Of a stretch of 62,503 nucleotides of DNA, positions 9,062 to 17,988 are shown in pieces; within the stretch, counting starts at the first letter, position 1, and every line of letters starts with the position of its first letter. The notes under the pieces were generated by a model. That model was not told the DNA's origin and ran no database searches. It saw only the letters and a program-made list of their open reading frames with translations. Origin of the DNA: a virus (taxonomy: Duplodnaviria > Caudoviricetes); IMG/VR virus record IMGVR_UViG_3300027834_000006, positions 1 to 62,503 of that record. One strand, 5' to 3'. The position numbers and the translations under genes were made by a program.

Positions 9062-9805
9062 CTATCTTCGTTCGCGTGGAATCACTTTCAACTGTTTTCT
9101 TCCAGAGGACATTTTTGTGCTAAGAACATTGGTTTTTGCTTTTTCTTCCCAAACAGCTTTTTCGCGGGCAACCGCAGCCTTGATCTTATCTTCGAGAATT
9201 TTCTCGCTATAAGTCATTTCAAATGCTTTTTTAATATCGGTTATCCCTTCTTTTTGGGCAACGGCAATGACTTTTTTTGGATCGATTTTGAGTTCTGGAT
9301 TATCTCTTTGAATATCCATAAGGCCCAAAATAGTATTGAAACCAGAAGTAAAAAGACCGTTCAGGTCTTCTCTGACTTTGTTGGTTTCTCTTTTTATGCT
9401 ATCCTTATCATTGGCGTCATAATCCAAATCGCCATCCAGAGATCCCGCAGATGATTCTCCGCCGGAGTCTTTTGCCTTCTTCCAAGTGTTATATTCGTCA
9501 ATCAACGGTTGATTATCATTGACCCAAGTATTCCATTTTTCAGCGTGTGCTATTTTCTCGTCATGCTCTTTTTTCGCTTCCGATAGAGTTTGGGTCTTCT
9601 TGGTATAATCAGCCTGGTATCCCTTGGCAATCTTGGAAAGTTCGGCTTTTACAATATCTTTTATCTTGGGCGGAAGATGATCCAGGTCTTTGATTTTATC
9701 GACATCAATATCGTCAATGTTCAAAGTCCCGTCTGCACTCAAGCTTCCTATGGCCGTGATCGTGGCCGTAGTCCCGGATGCTGTAGCTGCTGCTGTTCCT
9801 GGCAT
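9062..9805 (-). CDS. capsid scaffolding protein
   Basis: KGYQADYTKKTQ.LSE scaffold motif; helical and charged; between portal and MCP. Confidence 0.8.
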   Translation of the reverse strand: MPGTAAATASGTTATITAIGSLSADGTLNIDDIDVDKIKDLDHLPPKIKDIVKAELSKIAKGYQADYTKKTQTLSEAKKEHDEKIAHAEKWNTWVNDNQPLIDEYNTWKKAKDSGGESSAGSLDGDLDYDANDKDSIKRETNKVREDLNGLFTSGFNTILGLMDIQRDNPELKIDPKKVIAVAQKEGITDIKKAFEMTYSEKILEDKIKAAVAREKAVWEEKAKTNVLSTKMSSGRKQLKVIPRERR

Positions 9806-9974
9806 AATGCCCCCTTTTTTTTCGACCTATTGATTAGTGAAATTCATTGTCTGATTGAGTCGCGACTATCATAATGAATAACCTGTTAATCAATGTCATA
9901 AAAAAATCTGAATAGAATTGATGCTCCCTGTTATGGGGAGTCTCTTCTAAACGCTTGTTCATGTAATCACACAT

Positions 9975-10283
9975 TTAATACTTCATCGCTTCTTCGAGCT
10001 GGTTTCTTTTTTGCTCGAATACATTTTTGTATTTCTGTGAAATAGACTTTTTCTTTTTTTGAGGTTCCGCGGTAGTGGTGGTACTGGGTCTCGCGCTGGT
10101 AGTTGTAGTGCTTGGTCTCATGCTGGTGGTAGTTGTGGTGCTAGGCCTCGCAGTAGTGGTTGTAGTAGTAGGCTTCGCAGTAGTAGTTGTAGTGGGAGCG
10201 CTTATCCCATGCGATTTTCTTCTTATGGCTTCTAGCGTTATTGGTTTGCCACCTATTTTTACCGTTCCTCGTAAACGTCCCAT
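9975..10283 (-). CDS. mucin-like Thr/Ser/Pro repeat protein with basic termini
   Basis: Five P(S)T4-6 runs holding 24 Thr with mixed Thr codons; AAGGGG RBS. Confidence 0.7.
   Translation of the reverse strand: MGRLRGTVKIGGKPITLEAIRRKSHGISAPTTTTTAKPTTTTTTARPSTTTTTSMRPSTTTTSARPSTTTTAEPQKKKKSISQKYKNVFEQKRNQLEEAMKY
10069..10196 (-). repeat. degenerate coding tandem repeat [A/M][K/R]P(S)Tn, five units
   Basis: Plus-strand gtagttgtagtg-type units separated by ggyctcg. Confidence 0.75.
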
Positions 10284-10302
10284 AATGTATTCCCCTTACA
10301 TA

Positions 10303-12063
10303 TTATATGTTTTTGCTCATTCCCTCTTGGATTCCCTGAACCGCATGAGGGCTTCTAATATCGCTGACTTTCGGGGCACTACCACCCGCATTACCGCTGA
10401 GGCTGTTCTGTTCGAGGGCCATCATTTTTTCAAGCTCAGCCGCTTCCTCTATTTCGAGCCTTTGGATGATATCCGTACGACCAGGCCAGTCCATTGTTTC
10501 CAGGACACCCAGTCTATCGATCAACGGTTTGGGTTGTGCCTGATACATCTGGAGTGCAATCATTGATTTCTGCCAATTATTCATGGCAAGCGAGGACCCG
10601 GGCCTGATCTTAAAAAGAAAATCTTTAAAAGCTTCGCGAGGATTCTTAAACATTTTTTTATCTTTAATAATTTTCTCACGAAAAAACTCAAACTTCTCAT
10701 AATCTTGCCCATTCTTCATTCTCCACATCAATCTCTTGCTTGATTCAAATTGAAATATTCTGGATATCATTTTCTGTCCAACACGTTCCAAAAGAGATTC
10801 AATGGTTCTTGATTTCAATCGTATGATAGCCATGGCTGCTGTTTGCAGAGCTTCTATGGCTATGCCCGATTTAACCTGCCCGGGAGTGCCCCCCCGTACC
10901 ACCTCTGTGTTGCCGGATAGTTTCTCTATAGCCGACTCAAGATAGGCAACCGTGCTAAAGAGACTTTGAGACAAAGGAGGGGGAGGTTCTCTTCTGAGTT
11001 CGGATCTGGGTTTTTTCTTAACCTTAAGTCCCGGAACATTATCCAGTTCCTCCCATTGTTCTGGTGATAAGGCATCCGAATCTCCTACCCAAATCGAATT
11101 GGTCATCAACAAACCATTCTCAACAATCAATGCGATTAACTTATTGAGAAGAAGCTGAAGTTCTTTCAGGTCAACAATTTCTCCATCTCCCCATGCAGAA
11201 TCGGGGTTTCTATGCCAGTCTATAATGTCAATGGGGTGTTCTGCGTCCCAGTAAGGATTTTTTTCATCCACAACAATTTGTCCACCCGCTATTATTATAT
11301 GTCTACCGCCAGGATATTTTAGTTTTTTATGAACCAGCTCTCTATCTTGCAACCAATATTCCCTGACGAGCGACCGATCAATGGCTGATTTCTTCTTGAG
11401 CATGGAGACTACCTTGCGGATCACCTTGCCGCGCGGTCCTTTGCCCCGTTTCCCCCCCAAAAATGTAACCGGAGCATCCGACTTGATCTCGTCATTACCA
11501 TAGAGATATTTCAAAAGAGAAGTAGGCTGTATCTGTTCAATCCTAACATATTCAGACTGGTTCAAGTACTGAGGAGCGGTCACCATAGGATCGAAATTCA
11601 GGTTACGTGGATCAATGCAATGCATCGTGATATCGCCCTCGCCATGATGGAGGGATTTATCGAGTAATGTATTGACCCCGCATGTTCCGAAAAGCTCAGC
11701 ATAGAAAATGACATCAGTCAAAGTCATGTCGAGAGATTGCTCTGACCATTTAGAAATAACAATTTCCTGGAGAGCCTCGGAAACATCTTGAAGCTCGTCC
11801 CGGTACGGAAGGATATCTATGAAGGGTTTGGTGTCAGTCATCAAAGATGTCTTTCTCTCGATCGCCTGCCTGAGAAAATTCAACACCGGTGACATCTTAT
11901 GCTTAGGCCTGTATTGTCCCCAATGATTTCTACCGGAATAAAAATCGGGGATACTTCCCCATTCCTTAGAGATAACCGTTTCCTTGTAACCATCACACTC
12001 GTCATCCAGGCCCGTCAAATACTTCTTGATTTCTTTTTCGTCGGTTCCTATTTTTTCCGCCAA
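10303..12063 (-). CDS. portal protein (P22-like)
   Basis: 586 aa; FYSG.HW, IDPRNL.FDP, NPY..HPI..WGDGE..DL..LQ..LNK and SGIAIEALQ motifs; between terminase and scaffold. Confidence 0.85.
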   Translation of the reverse strand: MAEKIGTDEKEIKKYLTGLDDECDGYKETVISKEWGSIPDFYSGRNHWGQYRPKHKMSPVLNFLRQAIERKTSLMTDTKPFIDILPYRDELQDVSEALQEIVISKWSEQSLDMTLTDVIFYAELFGTCGVNTLLDKSLHHGEGDITMHCIDPRNLNFDPMVTAPQYLNQSEYVRIEQIQPTSLLKYLYGNDEIKSDAPVTFLGGKRGKGPRGKVIRKVVSMLKKKSAIDRSLVREYWLQDRELVHKKLKYPGGRHIIIAGGQIVVDEKNPYWDAEHPIDIIDWHRNPDSAWGDGEIVDLKELQLLLNKLIALIVENGLLMTNSIWVGDSDALSPEQWEELDNVPGLKVKKKPRSELRREPPPPLSQSLFSTVAYLESAIEKLSGNTEVVRGGTPGQVKSGIAIEALQTAAMAIIRLKSRTIESLLERVGQKMISRIFQFESSKRLMWRMKNGQDYEKFEFFREKIIKDKKMFKNPREAFKDFLFKIRPGSSLAMNNWQKSMIALQMYQAQPKPLIDRLGVLETMDWPGRTDIIQRLEIEEAAELEKMMALEQNSLSGNAGGSAPKVSDIRSPHAVQGIQEGMSKNI

Positions 12064-12094
12064 GGTTACCTCTTTTTATCAAATAAATTGATGG

Positions 12095-12730
12095 TTAAGC
12101 TCCCTCTCTTTTAATCTCCCTTTCGTAGGCCTTTTCGTCGTTCTCTTCCTCGCTCCCATGGTCTTTATTTGGATTGGGATACATAACCCCAGTCTTGCCC
12201 GGACCACCCCTTCGGGCACACATGTTATTGCAGAAAACCTGTTTCAGGTTTTTGGGATCTTTGATTATGCGGCCACAGCTCTGACATATTAGGTTCGTGT
12301 CATAGCCCACCATTCTTTGTGACCATTCCGGTTCAAGATCGGGAGAGGAATAATCGCCTGCTTTGTATAGACGATTCAATAGTCCCAATATATGAATGCC
12401 AACATCTGTTTCGAGCCCAAAGTCCTTGGCTGCGACATAGAAATCGTTTTTCACCTGGGGTTCCATGCAATCCAATATGAAATCAGCATAATTATTGAGT
12501 GTTCTTATGCGTCGTTCATCTACCCCGGGAGGAGCTTTCGATTTTCCCCTGACCACCTTCTTCTTGTCGCTGATAGTAGGGGCAACGCATTCCCCCACCT
12601 CGGCGAAAGCATCTTTTGTGTCCAAACCCTCATTATTGGTTTTATCGGCAGGCCTTGGTTTGGCTTTCTTCTCGCCAGTAATAGTTCTGCTGGTTCCTTT
12701 GGGTTTTGCATCGTCCATAAAATCATCCAT
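12095..12730 (-). CDS. hypothetical protein with C-terminal zinc finger
   Basis: CQSCG...FCNNMC; GGAG RBS. Confidence 0.6.
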   Translation of the reverse strand: MDDFMDDAKPKGTSRTITGEKKAKPRPADKTNNEGLDTKDAFAEVGECVAPTISDKKKVVRGKSKAPPGVDERRIRTLNNYADFILDCMEPQVKNDFYVAAKDFGLETDVGIHILGLLNRLYKAGDYSSPDLEPEWSQRMVGYDTNLICQSCGRIIKDPKNLKQVFCNNMCARRGGPGKTGVMYPNPNKDHGSEEENDEKAYEREIKREGA

Positions 12731-12766
12731 AGCTATTTCAAATCTCCTGATATTATGTCAAAAAAA

Positions 12767-14059
12767 TCATACAGGGATATGCAGGCAATCTGTGGCCCAT
12801 TTTTTTATAGAATTAATGGGATAACAAGAACCCTCTATGAGCATTTCCTTGTAGAAATTATATGTTTCTAACTTCGGGCATTTGTCTATGGCCCTCTTCA
12901 AACAATCCCTGGCGGCAACAAAATCGCCCAATTGTCTATGTGCTAAACTCTGTAATCCCAAAAAACTACCCTCGCAATAATCGACATCTTCGGACTGATT
13001 CATTTTCCACTCACCAGAGAGATCCAATGCTTCATTGTATCTTTTATTTTCCAGAAGATAATGAACATATCGAACCAGCAAAACATTGCTAAAATAAGTA
13101 TACTTTTTTAACATGTCTCTACTACTATAGGTATCTAGGCTGGGAAAATGATTCATTTGTATATCTTTTATGTTGGCAATGAGAAGATCGTTTTCGTCAA
13201 GGGCACCAGCAATCTCTTCCCGCGATACCCCATCCAAACGCATGTCTGCATCGGGATTCTCCGATAAAAGAAAAAACATACACTTCTTATGGCCTGCATA
13301 GTCGAAAGAGTCCACTTGGAACCCGCACCGTGCGGCCAATGATTTGAATGTCCTGTATGAAAAAGTATAATTATGTGCAGATGACAAAAAGGCATCGGAC
13401 GCAATAAGTGGATACGGAAACATAACCGATGGTACTTCAACCAATGCCTGTCCCCCATCGTTCAAAAGCAAACGCACCGACTCCAATGTTTCGCCGGGAT
13501 CATACATGTGTTCTATAACATTACACATCACAACCAAATCATATTTTTTGCAATCTTTGTGGTCCTTGTGAAATCTGCCATGTTCAACCTCAATGCCATT
13601 GACCTTCATTGCCAATTCACAACTTCTCCTGTCGGGGTCCATACCGTATACCTCTGCTCCCATACTGCGCATACCCCTCATAAGCGTCCCCATACCGCCC
13701 CCAATCTCCAACACGGATTTCCCCTTCAGGTCATACCCGATTTCCTTCAACCAGTCCAATGTGTATACTGTTGTCATAACTCCATCCACAACCGCTGTAC
13801 CGGGAATTCCCGCTTGCAGTCTCGACTTGTATTTCATGGCGTAATCTTTGTCGTAAAAATCACGCTGGGTTTCCCTTGTCATCATTGGATTTTTGTATAC
13901 CATCCCGCAATCATCGCACACCACGTCTGTCTTATGATAAACCCTACCGTCTTCATCGTCTATAAAAACCAATGGCTGCCATGGTTTCTTGGTTCTTAGG
14001 GTAGAGCAACAAGAACTCCCACATATGATACAATCCCTGGTTTCTTCTTCGTATTTCAT
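12767..14059 (-). CDS. class I SAM methyltransferase with N-terminal Zn ribbon and C-terminal TPR-like helices
   Basis: CIICGS/CDDCG, VLEIGGGMG, YDLVVMCNVIEH.YDP and VEVP; architecture common in glycan-biosynthesis clusters; start at 14059 overlaps the upstream stop (ATGA). Confidence 0.8.
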   Translation of the reverse strand: MKYEEETRDCIICGSSCCSTLRTKKPWQPLVFIDDEDGRVYHKTDVVCDDCGMVYKNPMMTRETQRDFYDKDYAMKYKSRLQAGIPGTAVVDGVMTTVYTLDWLKEIGYDLKGKSVLEIGGGMGTLMRGMRSMGAEVYGMDPDRRSCELAMKVNGIEVEHGRFHKDHKDCKKYDLVVMCNVIEHMYDPGETLESVRLLLNDGGQALVEVPSVMFPYPLIASDAFLSSAHNYTFSYRTFKSLAARCGFQVDSFDYAGHKKCMFFLLSENPDADMRLDGVSREEIAGALDENDLLIANIKDIQMNHFPSLDTYSSRDMLKKYTYFSNVLLVRYVHYLLENKRYNEALDLSGEWKMNQSEDVDYCEGSFLGLQSLAHRQLGDFVAARDCLKRAIDKCPKLETYNFYKEMLIEGSCYPINSIKKWATDCLHIPV

Positions 14060-14700
14060 TTGAGTCTCCTTGAGGTTATGTGTCGAATAAACTGCTTTCC
14101 TATGAATTCTGTATACGCCGGAGGAATACATTCCTTCAAACCCTTAAAGTCCATCCAGTCAATTCCATACGCAAGAGGAGCATTTTTTATTGTTTTTGGC
14201 AAAATTCCAAGTTTTTTTCTTAATTTTCTGCTTGCCTGACTTGCTGTTGTCACCAATAGTGGAACCTGAGCATGATTACACTGCATCGCTACTTCAACGG
14301 GGAAAGATGTCTCAAAGTATCTATGCCTTTGGCAGCGCAAGCCAAACATTGATCCGCACAGCATTATAGGATCGTTAAGCTCTTTTTTTGCTCCAGCGAC
14401 ATTCTCAATGATATAGTGCTTCATGGATCGTATAAGCTTTTGCCTGACACTATTAATTGATTTTTCATGGTTGCCTCGAAATTCTTTAGGTGTTAAATGA
14501 CTATATGCTTGGCACGGTGGACTCGCGTGGATCACATCAAAGCCATCGAGCGGAAAATTCAAGGCATCTGCCAGATAAAATTCAAAAGGGTATCTCGGTT
14601 GGGGTTCATTATCTACACCAACAATTTCAAAGCCCGCCAAGTCATACCCCATGGAAGCTCCCCCAGACCCACAATATAAGTCTAATAATTTCAACTTCAT
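14056..14700 (-). CDS. DNA (cytosine-5) methyltransferase, short phage type
   Basis: LLDLYCGSGG (motif I), ASPPCQ (catalytic PC), IENV and QRHRYFE. Confidence 0.85.
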   Translation of the reverse strand: MKLKLLDLYCGSGGASMGYDLAGFEIVGVDNEPQPRYPFEFYLADALNFPLDGFDVIHASPPCQAYSHLTPKEFRGNHEKSINSVRQKLIRSMKHYIIENVAGAKKELNDPIMLCGSMFGLRCQRHRYFETSFPVEVAMQCNHAQVPLLVTTASQASRKLRKKLGILPKTIKNAPLAYGIDWMDFKGLKECIPPAYTEFIGKQFIRHITSRRLK

Positions 14701-14764
14701 TATATTCTCCCCATGTTGACCCTATGTCCTCCTCTTATGGTATTTTTTATGCAAACAATAGTTT

Positions 14765-15916
14765 TTACTTTAAAAGCACGGAAGGATCACCCATCAGATT
14801 CATGCAAGCTAATTGCATGGCAACGGGACGACTGATGACATTCGGAGCATTCCTATAATATTCTATACCATTATTAATCCATTCTTTTGCTGCCATTCCG
14901 AGATTATCGCATTCGCTCATATAATCAAATAAACACTTGCCGCCAATCTTTTCGTCTTGTTTGGTTCCTGCCTGGATCAACCCGGACACCACCAAACTTC
15001 GGATATTGGATCTAAAAAAAGAATTAAGCATGTTCCCTGTAATGGTGAAATTCTGCCCACTGTAAAAAGGGGTCACTTTTCTATTCCACTCACCGACTTG
15101 ACAACCGAATACTATGATAACTGACGGACCCCTGTCTCGCTGCAAGAGATTGAATGCATCACTGGCCTTGAAATCCCCGATCTGCCCCGAGTGACTATGC
15201 CCCAAAAGATACATAGTCCCGATATCTTTACTGAAAAACAATTCTTGGGTTTGCTCATTGACCCTTATGCTGGTTTTTAAGCCTCTAATCGGATCGCAGA
15301 CTTTATCGAAACAATGATGGAGGGTTTCCATTTTTACTTGCCATTCACTAACCTGACCAGTGAATTTGCCTTTTGTGTTTACGATAACACCACATGAATC
15401 CATGGCGTTATTCCGTTGTGGTTTAATCTTAGCTGTAAATTCTTCCAGTTTATCCGAGTAACCAGCATTGCCATACCCGGAAATTGTATTGGCAAATCTT
15501 CTCCATGGAGTATTAAAATAATTCCTTGAACATGGAATCCATCGCGAAACCCAAACATCCTGAGTGTAATTCAAGGGAAATTCACTTTCCTCAAATACTC
15601 CGCTATTATTGGAATCTAGCCACCTGTTAGTAAAATTACCATATAGATTGTCGGTGATTCCCAAGTCTTCCTCTAATGATTGCCGATGAATTCTAGCATA
15701 AGGAACCATCTCATCAAAAATCATAATGCCTTTAACTATGTCCTTATATTTCAATACTTTATTCCGCCAACCATTAAAATCAGAAGAACCATGCATGAGA
15801 AGAATACCTTCCATGCCCATGCGTAAGTTTGAACTCATGGCATCTAGCGTTTCTCTGACTTTCCCATAATGTTTGGCATTTTTATAATGCAATAGTCCCA
15901 AAATCATGTCAATCAC
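14765..15916 (-). CDS. putative clan CD cysteine peptidase (C25 gingipain-like)
   Basis: YLLGHSH...VIIVFGCQVGEW His/Cys spacing and C-terminal NLMGDPS resemble the C25 HG / C..G.F / LLGDP motifs. Confidence 0.45.
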   Translation of the reverse strand: MIDMILGLLHYKNAKHYGKVRETLDAMSSNLRMGMEGILLMHGSSDFNGWRNKVLKYKDIVKGIMIFDEMVPYARIHRQSLEEDLGITDNLYGNFTNRWLDSNNSGVFEESEFPLNYTQDVWVSRWIPCSRNYFNTPWRRFANTISGYGNAGYSDKLEEFTAKIKPQRNNAMDSCGVIVNTKGKFTGQVSEWQVKMETLHHCFDKVCDPIRGLKTSIRVNEQTQELFFSKDIGTMYLLGHSHSGQIGDFKASDAFNLLQRDRGPSVIIVFGCQVGEWNRKVTPFYSGQNFTITGNMLNSFFRSNIRSLVVSGLIQAGTKQDEKIGGKCLFDYMSECDNLGMAAKEWINNGIEYYRNAPNVISRPVAMQLACMNLMGDPSVLLK

Positions 15917-16160
15917 CCATCCTTTCTTCGTAGTTTTTCTGCAAATTATTCCAAAAATCTTCAGACATTAAAAAAACCAACGAAAGAGAGCGTGCTATTT
16001 CTGGAGAAATAGGGTCTTTCCCGGACAAAATGTCATCGATTACAACAGGATGCAGTCTCATGCGAATAGCCAACTTTGCCCGCGACATATTATATGTTTC
16101 CAAAACTTCTCTCAATGTCTCACCTGGATGTATTGCCATCGGCGCTTTATAGTTGCTCAT
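15909..16160 (-). CDS. higA: HigA-family XRE HTH antitoxin-like protein (orphan)
   Basis: AIHPGETLRE, LA.RM, IL.GK..ISPE.A..L and FW.NLQ.NY signature. Confidence 0.85.
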   Translation of the reverse strand: MSNYKAPMAIHPGETLREVLETYNMSRAKLAIRMRLHPVVIDDILSGKDPISPEIARSLSLVFLMSEDFWNNLQKNYEERMGD

Positions 16161-16173
16161 AATCTCCTTTCAA

Positions 16174-16233
16174 GCTTGTTTATAGGTCAAGCCATGAATA
16201 ATTAGCCTGGCTTGTTTACAGATCAAGCCAGGA
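16174..16233. repeat. tandem pair of 24-bp palindromic repeats GCTTG-N9-CAAGC at the terL 3' end
   Basis: 16174-16197 gcttgtttataggtcaagccatga versus 16210-16233 gcttgtttacagatcaagccagga. Confidence 0.8.
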
Positions 16234-17988
16234 CTTACCGGTGGTTGTTTTCCCATAACCAAAGGTATCGTAATATAGGGGATTTTTTTTGCTAGGCTCT
16301 CTTTCGCGCGAGGGCTGCATTACGCCCAGGGCATCTATATTGGTCCCGCCATACTCCAATTGAATCCCCTTGATGCCAATCAAAAACGCCATTACACGGT
16401 CATCCTTGCCCTTCCCGTAGGCGCTCGCCCCCTGGCTGGTATCATCACGAACAAATATCATCATCTCGCGTACAAGCTCGGCACTGTGAATAATCACAGA
16501 TCCATTATTTACGCAGTATCTTCCATGTGTAAGAAGATCAGGTTTGGACTGTGCTGTTGTCATCCATCCCAATTGACTGTTGGAAAACTCATTTATAGAG
16601 TCACGAACAACTCTTCTTATGACGTTCCAATACCCAGCCTTCTGAATGGCAGATAAAACAGCATGGCCATAACCAAATACTTCAGGCACCAATAGCGCAT
16701 TATTGTATATAGTACCCAGGGCTACGGCATAATTACCCAGTACCTCCGCATCTACCTTGCCATGCCATTCCGCTGCTTGACAGGCAAGCCATCCCTGGCG
16801 CATATCCATGACCCGTAAAACTTCCAAACATCCAAAATCAGTACTACCCGGTTCACCCGATGACGGGTCTATAGACACAACATACCTTTCTCCCTCTACT
16901 GGTCTTTCCCATATCTTCAGGCTCCCCAACGATTCCTTCCTAATGATACTGCCATCTATCTCGCCCACACTAACAGGATCACTGCATTTTTGTAGATATT
17001 TTTTCAGCTTATCTCTATCGAAAACGGTTCTTCCGCTCACCACGAAAGCCTCATCATCCGTGGTCGGATACTGTTCGTGAAAATTCTCCAGTCCCGTCTT
17101 GAGAACATTGCCGCTCACGCCTTCACCCAAAAAAGAGATTTGATATCTTCGCCAATTGAGTTGTTCCAATGTGGCGTTGTGCACATCTCTCAACTCCACC
17201 TCTTCATCGTTGAAGGTGTCGAGCAGTTCTTCTCTCTCATTGCCCATCAGCGGGCGGGTGTAACCTTCGTGCTTCAACCAACTGAAAAATAAAGGTTTAA
17301 ATACACTTTTACCCGCGGTTGCCTTCTTCCATTCATCGTAAAATGGTTCGCCGTTACCAGCCATACCATTAGCCGTAGACTCGATCACAACGAATGTACC
17401 GGGCAAATTGAAGGTGGTGGGTACAACTGCTTTTCTGACAGCATCGGCATCCCTATAGAAGGCATACTCCGAAAAATGTATGAAATGATTTCCGGTACTC
17501 AACCCGGCCTTGTCGGTACAAGATACTGTTTTCATGGAAGACTTCAGTCCCATAGATCTGCCTGTTTTTGTAAGAGCTGTACTCGGAGCATCAAAAACAA
17601 GCCTGGAACCACTCTTGTACTTAACCATGGGTTTGAGTTGGCGGGGAAGATACTCATAAAATACATGAGACATATTATGTATATACTCACACCCTTTATC
17701 ATCAGCAGAAATAGTGATCCCCTGACGATGCGACTTCAAATGGCATTGCTGAAACATTCTTGATTGAACATACGTTGATACGCCATGTCTCCTTGCCTTG
17801 AGTATGATCAATAGCACCGGTTTCTTTTGCCCAATAAAGCCATTCCATACCCTATTTACCTCAACCTGAACATATCGATCATTGAAATCGAACTTCACCA
17901 ACCCCTCACCGGCCTGGATATACAATAAATTAGGCGAATAATAATCATAATTACCCAGGCGTTTCAAGTCGATTATTCTTTTTCCCAT
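16216..17988 (-). CDS. terL: terminase large subunit
   Basis: Walker A LKARRHGVST, Walker B HFSE, IESTANG, EQYP...EAF, nuclease SIDPSSG and DDRVMA. Confidence 0.95.
   Translation of the reverse strand: MGKRIIDLKRLGNYDYYSPNLLYIQAGEGLVKFDFNDRYVQVEVNRVWNGFIGQKKPVLLIILKARRHGVSTYVQSRMFQQCHLKSHRQGITISADDKGCEYIHNMSHVFYEYLPRQLKPMVKYKSGSRLVFDAPSTALTKTGRSMGLKSSMKTVSCTDKAGLSTGNHFIHFSEYAFYRDADAVRKAVVPTTFNLPGTFVVIESTANGMAGNGEPFYDEWKKATAGKSVFKPLFFSWLKHEGYTRPLMGNEREELLDTFNDEEVELRDVHNATLEQLNWRRYQISFLGEGVSGNVLKTGLENFHEQYPTTDDEAFVVSGRTVFDRDKLKKYLQKCSDPVSVGEIDGSIIRKESLGSLKIWERPVEGERYVVSIDPSSGEPGSTDFGCLEVLRVMDMRQGWLACQAAEWHGKVDAEVLGNYAVALGTIYNNALLVPEVFGYGHAVLSAIQKAGYWNVIRRVVRDSINEFSNSQLGWMTTAQSKPDLLTHGRYCVNNGSVIIHSAELVREMMIFVRDDTSQGASAYGKGKDDRVMAFLIGIKGIQLEYGGTNIDALGVMQPSREREPSKKNPLYYDTFGYGKTTTGKSWLDL

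Noticed and set aside
10075-10566. Val-rich plus-strand membrane-like ORF
   Set aside because: It is the antisense shadow of the Thr repeat and the portal gene.
15909-16160. Lysogeny repressor indicating a temperate lifestyle
   Set aside because: The sequence matches HigA rather than CI, it lies in the late operon, and no integrase or partition genes were recognised.
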